Below, piece after piece: positions 24,351-34,640 of a DNA stretch of 64,000 nucleotides. The position numbers and the translations under genes are program-made. Positions within the stretch are counted from its first letter, which is position 1. Every line of letters starts with the position of its first letter. Source of the stretch: Glaucostegus cemiculus (lineage: Eukaryota); contig CDPCPM010000335.1 of NCBI GenBank assembly GCA_976551045.1, positions 1,364,001-1,428,000 of the forward strand, written 5' to 3'. A model generated the notes under the pieces. The model made no database searches. It worked only from the letters and a program-made list of their open reading frames with translations, and was not told where the DNA came from.

Positions 24351-27300
24351 ATCAATAATAGAGTGCTGGCAGCAGTGTCAACACCGAGGCACCCATTGTG
24401 TGAGTACCTCAGCAACTGAAAGCTGGAAAAAAGCATTTCGCTGTCAGTTGTAGCACATTCTGTTAACTTCAGAAAGTGGATGAGCAGCCTGCAGTCAGTC
24501 CTGAAGCTGTCCAGTCACATCTACCAATATCAGCAGCACATCCTTCTAAAGTGACACTAATGCAACAAGTGGTATGATATACTTTGAGTTGTACTGTGAC
24601 TGCTTAATGATGTTCATTGGTTGTGATCAGAAGCTTTGATTTATGCTGGTTAGGGAGGAAAAGGGCAGTGTGCATCTCGTTACGTCATTAGGTGCATGAC
24701 AGGCACTGTAAAAACATCAGCTGCTCTGGAACCAACAGGACACAGGTGGTGTGTGATGGTACTGCGAGTGACCATTGATCTGATCTAACCCAAGTTAAAT
24801 TGTTTTTATCTATGATTTGCACATAAAACGCAGGCACTGTAGAGATTCAATTTCTCGGCAATATTTGAGTTACGCACAAATAAGTTAAAATGTCATAAAA
24901 TTCTTTTACTCCATGATTATTTTTGGAAAACAACATTTCAAAACAGGGAAATGCCTATGTTGAAAATTTGAAAGAAAGTTCTAAAATGTTGAAACTACAT
25001 TATTAGTTGGTTAGCATCTGAAAAATAAAAGTAAATTAATACAAGGAGCTTTACTTGGCAAATGCACTGCTGAAATATTACAGTTTTCATTAAGCTTACT
25101 GTAACTGTTTCTTATATTACTATATGAAACTATTACAATAAAATAACTGTTTCTTCCTGTTTACAATTTAACTTTGCAAAAATATCATCATAGGGCAATT
25201 TTTAAAAAATCATATTGAGTTCCTCCTTCTCTCACTAATATTCTTCCACTCTGCAGACTCTGGACTTGGTGGTTAATCAACATTACCTCCAGAATACTGA
25301 TCCAACCCACATGCAGGTAGCTGACCCCCATCAATACAAAAACCTGAATCATGTCCATTCTTTGCTTTGATGAAAAGAATTTCTCTGATACTTTATAGCC
25401 TATCTTTAATTTTACTTACTCTGATTACCAGGCATCTCTCGTCAATGCCCTTTAGAATACAGTAATATGCTTGTACTGCCAGGTGTGGAACATCATGACC
25501 AATGGTTTTTTGAAGGGAGATTACTACAAAAAGCTTTCAGGGATTATTTCTATAGTTAGTTTCCAGAGAAATGATGTTCTGTAATGTTTGGTCTCACAAG
25601 CCACAAAGTAGATGTGTGGTGTTCTGAGCAGGAAGAACAGTTTCTCTCTGTCACTGATGAGTGTTTTTTTTTCCTCTCAAAGCTGGAAGAAAAAGACATT
25701 CTGAATAATCATCCATTTCTATAAAAAAAAAACTTCTTTCAAGCAGAGGCTTGTATTCAAGGCTGCTGGAGGCATTTTTAAATGAAACAGCATGGCTATA
25801 AGGAGGAAGCAAAGACTTTTCTTGGTGTTAGGCATCAGAAATGTGGAGTTAATACCTCAGATCAAATGAGACACTAAGATACGAAATCTGATACATCTTC
25901 ATTTTGCATCCTCATATGAAAATAGATTGCCCAGCAGAGTAATGAATTGCATCAAAAATTGTCTCACCAAGTCTTTACTCAGGCATTCCGAGTAATTAAA
26001 GAGTGCATTTTAAAATACAGAAGATGGTCACTTCAGATTACAAGAGGTTATTATTGGTGCACCTGCAAGTTGCACTTTTTAAATAAGCTTAACACAATGT
26101 ACATTTATAGTTCTTAGATGACCGGTGAGATCTGTCTGTAACATATACAGGGAATGACACTCATATAATTAAGTGATCTTGACCTAGTCTTCAGTTAGGT
26201 TATTGTGGGCAGGAGAGAAATAAATACGATGTGGCTGCTTGTTCAGGAGGAAATAGCCAATAAATCCACTTTTGCTGAATATATCACTTCATTACTGGTT
26301 AAACAATGCCTGTATTTGCAACACGCCAGAAGGGACACAACACACAAAATAGAAAACAGGTCATGCAACTAATCAGCACTTAATTTATGATTTGAAAGGA
26401 ACTTTATAAAATGAAGTGAGCAAGATCATGTGACTGTACTGAAATGCTCCACTCACATTGATTAATGAAATACCCTTTTAATGGAATAGAATTCCACAGA
26501 AAGATTATGATTAATTTTAAAATGGAAAACTGTTGTACCACTGACTAATAGCACTGTGTGGGTTAGGAGTCCTTGATCATGGCCAAGAGCAGCAGCACAA
26601 AGTACACTCACCCACAAGGAGACGGGGGGAAAAAGAAATCAACTAACAAGTCACCTCTGTTTTAATAGTGCGGTTGGCCAAATGTTGTGGCATTGCTGAA
26701 TTATCACCATCTCTGGTGAAATGTGGTTAATGGCATAGTTCAGGGGGCCCCAAAAGTAAAACTGCAAAAAGAAATAAAAAGACTGTGAGTGAACTGTACA
26801 GGTTGGAATGATCTGGTCATTGTCTTGGTTTCATTTCATTTCATTCTTCCAAACATCAGCAAATGCATAGCAACAAATTTTAAAACTGCAGCTTGAAGCA
26901 GGTCTAACCAGTTATTACCTCCCTGAAGAACTTTAAAAACTGATACCATTAATAATATGTACCATAGTAATAGCTCAGACAGGAGGAGGTCATGTACAGG
27001 TGAGTCCATGCAAGCTTTGTGCACCAACACAAAAGAAGATTAGGCAAATTACACAAAGATTTCAATATGAAATGCAAGATAGCAGAGAGGCTTTTGTTAA
27101 AATGTTGACTGGCATGTAAATGGAATTGGAAACCTGAAAGAGGCATCTAAAGTTTCACTGCTTATTATCATCATGCATTGCTTCATGAAAGCATTAATTT
27201 TTAAAAATATTTCAGTGGGAAAAGTAACTCCCTGCTGCTGGCAAGAAAAAATACTTCTTTTACCCATGGTAAATGTACAAAATACCAACCGACTCAAGAT

Positions 27301-27850
27301 AGTGGCAGTTGCTGGAGCTTCACCTACATATTTCCTTCTGTCTTTGGACTAAAAGGCATTTACAGTTAATAAAACATTGTCCTACTTTTTGAGTGACACC
27401 TATAGTCCCACAGAAGGCTCCATGATGCAGGAAGGTCTTTGTCTGATGAAAGGCTGGGTGCTCATGCCAAGTCTCTACAATCTGTTGACAATCAGAATGT
27501 TACTTAGAAATGCAATGGGGCAGATACGTTGGTGGGCAGTGGAAGAAAACATGCATGAACCAGTTCAGTTTTAAATTAACACTATTAAAACTTCAAACTT
27601 TGTGTACCTCATTCACATTTCGACAGCTGTCTCATCAGGGGTAATTCGTCACTGCTGAACTAACTGATGCATCAAAAAGAGGCACGCTCAAAGCCTGCTT
27701 TGAATGTTTCCTTTTTGTTGAATTCCACCTTTTTTTCTTCCTTTGGTGTAGACCGACCAAAAATAGTTTCTTCTCCATTTTTCTGCTCATTATCTGTTTT
27801 ATCTGCCAATCAACAGCTATGGAAAGATCATGGAAACAGCAACTGCATTT

Positions 27851-28070
27851 AGGTGGGAGGGTGTAGGTGGTACGTTTTTTTACTTGGAGTGATGGATGCC
27901 TGGAACGCGTTGCCTGATAAGGTGATGGAGGCAAATACATTGGGGCTTTTAAGAGGAGCTTGGATGGGCACCTGAATGAGGAAAATGGGCAATCTGTCGG
28001 TAGGAGGGATTAGCTATGTCGGCACAACATTGTGGGCTGAAGGGCTTGTTCTTTGCTGTACTGTTCTAAG
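27851..28070 (+). mobile_element. CR1 LINE 3' end
   Basis: GCCTGGAACGCGTTGCC..GGTGATGGAGGCAAATAC..TTTAAGAGG..TGGATGGGCAC; tail GGCACAACATTGTGGGCTGAAGGGCTTGTTCTTTGCTGTACTGTTCTA. Confidence 0.85.
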
Positions 28071-28470
28071 TGGCAAGGACAGTTGAGGGTTTGGAAGAAC
28101 ATTTGAGAGCAGATTGAGGGCAGATGGCTTCCTCAGGGGGTGCTTTGTGATTGAGACCATAGAGTGCAGAAGCCACATGAGAAAGCTGGGCTGAGGGCAG
28201 TGTCTGTGAATATCACAGCCAGAACGAAAGCAGGAGATTTAGATCAAACTCAAGACAACAGCCAAGAATTTGTTCAACAATTACAAAACCCTTGAAACAG
28301 TTGAACCCAGGAATGCTTTGTTCTTGGCCTCATGAAGCACTGAATTGACCTGACACGAGGGAAAGCTTTTCTTTCACACACTGCTTTGGTAATCCAGTGG
28401 CCAGGGCTCAGATGCTGGAGGTTTGGGAAGAGGGATCCTGGAGATGCCCGTCTGTGGTTTGAGTTTATAA

Positions 28471-28616
28471 GTGGTGGGGGTGGGGTGGGAGTTAGATGTG
28501 GTGGGGGTGGGGTGGGAGTTAGATGTGGTGGGGGTGGGGTGGGAGTTAGATGTGGTGGGGGTGGGGTGGGAGTTAGATGTGGTGGGGGTGGGGTGGGAGT
28601 TAGATGTGGTGGGGGG
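28471..28616. repeat. G-rich minisatellite, 27-bp unit GTGGTGGGGGTGGGGTGGGAGTTAGAT x5 plus a partial copy
   Basis: Five perfect copies start at 28471, 28498, 28525, 28552 and 28579; explains the 9-aa repeat ORFs. Confidence 0.97.
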
Positions 28617-29789
28617 AGGATCTTGGCAAGGCTTGGCTGCAGGGCAGCGGTGGTGGGAGTTTGGGGAAACAAATGGAGATGGTGGCAATCTAATCCAAAG
28701 ATGGCGATAGTCAAGTCAGGGATTGTGACTGGGGATGGAGATCGGCAGTCAGGGAATGGCTTGGGGGTTGGGGGAGTTGAGATGGATTCAGATCACTACA
28801 GCTGGTGCAAGGGTATCAGATGGCGGGGAACGTACACTTAAAGGAGACCCACCTGACTCAGATTCTCAGCAATGATCTGCAGCTGGTCAAGGAGATCCTG
28901 CTAAAGTTGAACAGAAGCAGAGGGCCCAGTTCCACACGAGTGGCTGGCAGACTTGTCTGCACATTCAAATGCTGCACATTCAAATGCACAGTCAATAGTT
29001 AAATGCCTAGATGGTCAACTCCAAATATTCTACAGGTTGAAACCAACAGATTGAAGTATGTGGAGCATTCACTCTAGGAGCAGTTAATAGAAGTGGATGA
29101 GACCATAACTGAAAACAACTTGTTCTAAGGACCCAGCTAACAAAGTGGAGTGTTTCAGATCAGCATGGGTTGAAACAGAAGAGATGGAACAGTATGCTCC
29201 ACCTGCTGTGAAATGCAATTCTATATGAAGTATGTATCTCCCTGTAGATTGCATTTACTGTAGTAAAATAAACATTTCATCATACTTATAAAAAGTCCTC
29301 CAGATGTTTTCCAAATAGTTTGATTGAATGTGATTATAGCCTATGTTAATATTCTGGGTTTAAAACAGTTCCAAGAGATTTATTTTATTTGATTAGTTGT
29401 ACTCTTGTGATAGGCAAACCTCTGGCATGTTGTTTTAAAGCAGATTCATATTGCAATAAAACAAACTGTAAATCAAAATCTATGAAAATTATAACTTTCC
29501 CAACAAGGACATTTTCCTCAGGACTTTACCATTTGTATTCATTAACAATTGCTGAGAGGTGCGTGAGTGTATGTGAGACAATAAACCGACTAACTGTCCG
29601 TAAAGTATGACACCCCTCAGCTCTAATCACTCACTGCATCTAAAACTTACTTCACTGCAGGGTGCTTGCGTGCAGCCACAGAGCACTGCTGTAGGTGCCG
29701 TCTTGCAGCAGTGCTACAACAGTGACTGGGATGCTATTTAAAAACTTCCTTCAAAGGACCAAATAGAAAACAGAAGAATCAACATAGGC

Positions 29790-31245
29790 AGATGGAAAAA
29801 GTCAAAATCTCTTTATTTTACAATTTTGTTTCTCTGTACTGTTTCCAGTGTTTTGCATGTAAATAAATATGATACATCTGTTCTTTGTTTTCTTTAAAAA
29901 AATTTCAGTTTCCATCATAAAATTTAAAAAACTCTTGTTTTAAATTGTGCCATGAATAAAATTGCATTAAAGTTAAAAGAAACTATCTGAATTAAAGCAA
30001 AAGAATTTACTACAGCAGGTGAGTCACAATATACAAATGGGAACTGTTCTGATAGTTTCTGTCTAAAACAATTTAAAACCAAATCTACAACAATAAAAAT
30101 GCCAAAATATTCACAGGTATCCTAATAAAAACAATCATGTTTGATTGGCAAACATCCTTCTGTCAATGCTGGTTAACTCTTCCACCCCACCCACACTCAC
30201 CCTTGCCTCCCCAGCAGACCAACGTGCATCCTTGAACTTAAAAGTGATTTTTCATTTTAAAAAAACCCTCAAACACACAAGTTCAAGTGCATGGTTGAAC
30301 AAAAAATGGACCTGGTTTCATTCCCCATTTTTCCAGTAATTTTGTCTTAGTAGTTACACATGCAAATTCTATTTCTCATAAATTGTTACAGCTTTCAATA
30401 GAAAAAATGTTTTTTTTTTACAATATTAACACACCAAATTCAAGTAAAATTGTGCAATCTTCTACTCTTTATAAAAGTCAGAAGATTTATAATCAAATTG
30501 ATAAAATCAAAACCGTTATGCATGTACAAGTGAGTTCTTCAGAAGTATCGACTTACAAAATATATAAAAGTATCTATACATCTTATAATTTTGTTGTACA
30601 AAAGGCATTCATTTTAAGACAACCCCCTCCCACCCTAGGCAAATGATGAGTCTGCAGAACACTTGCAGCCTGACGCTGGTGTGACTGACACTTCCATCAA
30701 TGTGTAGCACTTAACCTGCTCTGACTGACTTACCTATGATCCTATTACAGAGACCAACTGGTTGTGGCCGAGGCACTGTCTTACAGTAATAGTTCTTTTT
30801 TTTATATAAAGAAAACTAAAGTAGGCAGGCTGCAGTTTTGCTCAGAGGCCTGTACACAGGGCAGTGGGTGCACTTGAGGTTTTCCCTTGGGATTTGTCCA
30901 TTTCCTTAGGATATCCAGTTGCACAGTTGAGCTGCCTGAGTGGTTACGTGTCCGTTCTATGTTTTGGCACATACCAAATATGCCATTTTGCATTCCACGT
31001 ACGTACCTGTCCTTACAATTCCATACTTGTATATTTTTCTACATTTTGCAGGCCTCATTTCCCTTTTGTAGTCATTCCTATTCATGAGCATGAATCCATT
31101 TTGCAGAAATTCCGATTCACGTAGAGAACACCAACTCACCAGAGCACATTGTGAGGGGGGTAGGGGGTCTGAGGTACACAGGAACCAGCGATACCAACGG
31201 TGAGAATTTTCATGGGTTCGATCATTCTTCTGATCTCCTGATGGG
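29790..31245 (-). other. CELSR1: CELSR1 3' UTR (inferred, ~1.45 kb)
   Basis: AU-rich stretch with no recognisable repeat, between the stop codon and the AATAAA. Confidence 0.6.
29812..29817 (-). promoter_or_regulatory. CELSR1 candidate polyadenylation signal (AATAAA)
   Basis: TTTATT on +; followed on - by a U/GU-rich element (GATTTTGACTTTTTCC..TGTTGATTCTTCTGTTTTC); further AATAAA pair at 29379-29389. Confidence 0.65.
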
Positions 31246-31270
31246 TCAGATTGAGGTTTCATTACTTCCT
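31246..31270 (-). CDS. CELSR1: CELSR1 terminal coding exon: (E)GSNETSI* (class I PDZ-binding motif)
   Basis: Pyrimidine tract plus GTCCAG acceptor; phase 2 matches the previous exon (GA|A); TGA at 31248-31246. Confidence 0.92.
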
Positions 31271-31824
31271 CTGGACGTGAGAAAAGGAAGGGGAAACATG
31301 CAGAACCATGGTTATGCAGTACTAACAGGTAAGTTCAAAGCGAAAGCATGCAGTTTTAAATCACAATGCTGAAACTGTGGAGAAGGTTAAAAACAATCTT
31401 TGCAGTCATATTTTAAAAGCACGAAGCCCAATGGAGTTAGTTTACAAAGCCAAGTTATATAACTTTAGGTTAGATTTTCTCACAGGTTAATGCTGTAAAA
31501 CTCCAGGTTTGAAAGTTCCTTTTATGAATTCAGAGAAAAAAAATTGAATATACTTTCTGAAGTTAATTTACATCACATTCAATAGAAAATGAAACAATCA
31601 TTTGTCTTCCAAATTTGACTTCATAAATTTCTACAAAGTTAGCAAGCATTCTCCTACATCCTCTCACTAGTATGATTTGATTGTTATATAAAGAAAAATA
31701 ACTAGCAATTAGCATTTCTATTATATTAGCATTGTTTAAATTATAATATTAAAATAGTTAAATAGTATAGCTTGTAAGAAGTGCTTGTGTTAAAGGTTAA
31801 TAGAACATGCAACTTGCAATACAT

Positions 31825-31862
31825 AGGAGACACAAGAGACTGCAGATGCTGGAATCTGGAGT
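31825..31862 (-). repeat. Penelope pLTR end fragment
   Basis: GGAGACACAAGAGACTGCAGATGCTGGAATCTGGAG. Confidence 0.65.
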
Positions 31863-31930
31863 ACATTTAACTTGCAGTACATATTTCACTCCAGTCTGCT
31901 TGAAACCAGGGCACAATATATTGGAAGTTC

Positions 31931-32230
31931 AAAACACAAGAAAATAGGAGCAGGAGTAGGCCAGCCCCTGAAGCCTGCTCCACTATTCAATTTGATCACG
32001 GCTTATCTATGCTGGCCTCAACTCCTCTTCTGTGCCATTTCTCCATACCCCTTTATTCCTCAATCTAGCAAATATTTATCCACCTCTGCTTTAAATACTT
32101 CTTATGATCCATCACCTGCAGAGGCAGAGACTTCCAGAGATTCACCATCCCGTGCATGAAGAAAATTCTATGTACTTCACCTTTCAGTGACAAGCACCTG
32201 CAGTTCTGCCCCCTTGGTTAAGACTCGTCC
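31931..32230 (-). mobile_element. CR1 LINE 3' end
   Basis: AAGAAAATAGGAGCAGGAGTAGGCC..AAGCCTGCTCCACTATTCAAT..GATCACGGCT..TTCCAGAGATTCACC. Confidence 0.85.
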
Positions 32231-32569
32231 CAAAACACATCAGCGTAACAAAGCTCACAGTTACAGAGGTCACTTGCTACCAGGGTTCTTACGCCTCACT
32301 AAATAACATAATAGATAATTTACAATATTAAGCTCTTCCAGTAGGATACAGCTTCAATGATCAACACTCGGAACAAAATAAAATAAGTAGATCAATACTT
32401 TGGATGCTGGAAATCTTCACGTCAAAAATGGGAAAAGTTAGATATAATTGTTTTGTTTAAGATGCAGAGGAAGAGCCACAGATGGGGAGGAAGGGGGAGA
32501 CAGAAATAAAGAAAGGCTTTGAAAGAGAGTGTGTTTAAATGACCAAAGGGATGAAGGTACAAGGCCAAA

Positions 32570-34640
32570 GGAAACACAAAATGTTGCAGATATGAGAAAC
32601 CTGAAATAAAATTAGCAAATATTCTAAGTACTCAGCAGGTTAGGCCACACCTGTGAAAAGGGAAACAGAGTTACTGTGTCAGGTCAATGACCTTTCGCCT
32701 GAATCCAGAAAAAATCAGGGATAAACTGGTTTTAAGAAGCAGAAGAAGGAAAGTGGGAAGGCAAGAACAAAGCGCAGATCAATGTGGTCACAAAATGTGC
32801 TGGGATGGAAAGCGGGGAGATTAACTGAAAAAAAAAGGAATGGCAGAAAAAGGAGAAGAAAGACAAGAATGGGAGAGTAAAGCACCAGTCTGGAAGAGGT
32901 GTGAATAAGAAAAGTAGACTAATTTCCTGAAAGTACCAATAGAAAATGCTGGAAATATGAAATAAAAATGTTGAACTGGGTGTTGAGTTTGGAATGCTGC
33001 AATGTGTCTGGCTGTTCATTGAGCTTCATTGGAAAAGTATAGGAGACCATAGACAGAGATCAGGGTGGGACTGAGAATTACAATAATATGTAACTTAGAG
33101 GTCAGGATCAAACTTGCAGAGGTGCTCCACAAAGCCATCAGTCAATCTGTTTGGATCCTCCAGCACAGGAGGTGCCCCCATCATCAGCAGGTCAATGTGG
33201 TCAGAAGATGTGCTGGGATGGAAGGCGGGGAGATTAACTGATTAAAACTATTGGAGCAAATTCAGAATTTGGCACAAAAATTACCGCAACGGTCATAAAG
33301 CACAAGTGAATTCAGGAGTATTGACTTTGGGATGGAAAATGACCAGAAACAACTTCTGTTCCTGTTATTAGCATAATAAGATAAAGACCCAATTCTCTAA
33401 TAAAATTATGCTGAGAATTTAGAACCTGATATCAGTGCAGTACATTGGTTGAGAATGTGGCTCTTACAACACTAAGCTGCGAGGGTAAACGGTCTTCCAT
33501 CTAAAAAGAGCCTTTGGAGGAGATAATGGGGCAGTTGTTGCAATTCCTGCCGATGTACAAAACATGGAATAGATTATTGAAAGAACAAAGAGGAGAATGC
33601 ATGCCTGGTGGTGGCATTATTTTGGAGATGTCAGAAATTGAGGAGGACGAGCCATTGAAGTGAGGTTTCAGCAGGGTAGGAAGGGGTGTCGTGTGAGGAC
33701 AGGAGAAACACTATTCTGTCTTTGGACAGGAAGAGGAGGGGTGAAAACAAAAATGTAAAAATTGAAATGGACACAGTTGGAACATAGAGCAGAAGAGCAG
33801 GCCCTTCAGCTCACAATGTCTGTGCTGACCACGATGTTAATTTAAACTGCACATGGTCTATATCCCTTCATTCCCTGCTTGCTCAGATGACGGTCTAAAT
33901 GCCTCTTAATTGTTGAGGTGCCTCCAACCATGGTGGAGAGAAATCTTTGGTTGAAGTAAAGGAAAACATACTGCAAGCATGACAGAGGAAGCAGTGTCAG
34001 AACGGATACCGTGGATCCCGAAACTAGCCAAAATCTCACAATGTTGAATGAAAAATTGAGGAAGGTAAGGGTCAAAGATAGACTATAAAGAAGGTGAGAA
34101 AAGGGTGGAAATTGTTGGAAATATCCTTGGGTTGGGGCAAGAGCAACAAATGGCACTAATATTGTTATAAATTTAGCAAAGTAGTAGGAGGGAAAGAATC
34201 CGGATAAGACTGAAACCAGGAATGTTCACATACCCAACCATGTTTGGGCTTATGGATACTCCCATCACCACATTTTTTATTTGGAGGAGGTAAGTGGAGT
34301 CCAAGGCGAAGTTCAGTGTGACCACAACTTCAGCCAGATAAAGGATAGTGGTGGTGGAGAGGAACTAGATGGGCCTCCGTTTAAAGAAGCAGAGGGCTCT
34401 CACCTCTGTTGAGGTGAGGGATGGAAATGTACTCCAGGAAATCACTGGTGAAAATGAGACAGATGTGGCAAGGAAATGGAAGCTGGAGTGAAAACAGAAC
34501 AAGTATCTACAGGAATTGAGAACAGTAATCTTTCCTATAATTATTAAAGCGTGCAAGGCCATTGACCTGCAATATTAACTCTTTTTTTTCTCTCCACAGA
34601 TGGTGCCTGACCTGCTGAAAATAAATATGTTTTTCTGTTT
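32570..34640 (-). mobile_element. decayed Penelope-like retroelement (RT + GIY-YIG endonuclease + pLTRs) in the last CELSR1 intron
   Basis: Minus strand: RT EVRALCFFKRRPI*FLSTTTILYLAEVVVTLNF..YLLQIKNVVMGVSISP..VGYV (~34200-34430); EN tail RLTDGFVEHL..DPDL*V..NSQSH..SVYGLLYFSNEAQ..TLQHSKLNTQFN (~32970-33170); pLTR at 32570-32720 and an inverted pLTR at 34550-34640; CR1 tail inserted at ~33780-33915. Confidence 0.85.

Noticed and set aside
27810-27816. TGT TGA (Cys-UGA) as a possible selenocysteine or programmed readthrough site
   Set aside because: No SECIS identified, the context is not UGA-CUAG, and the exon itself is unproven
28471-28616. Possible CRISPR-like array
   Set aside because: Units are contiguous with no spacers; eukaryotic locus with no cas genes
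28274-28841. ORFs with Pro/Thr- or Gly-rich 9-aa repeats (HLTPTPPPP, GGGGVGVRC)
   Set aside because: Artefact of the stop-free 27-bp minisatellite; open in four frames, with no splice or gene context
31321-31334. Perfect + strand donor CAG|GTAAGT antisense to the CELSR1 last exon
   Set aside because: One 9-mer is expected by chance in 64 kb; no matching acceptor or other sign of an antisense transcript
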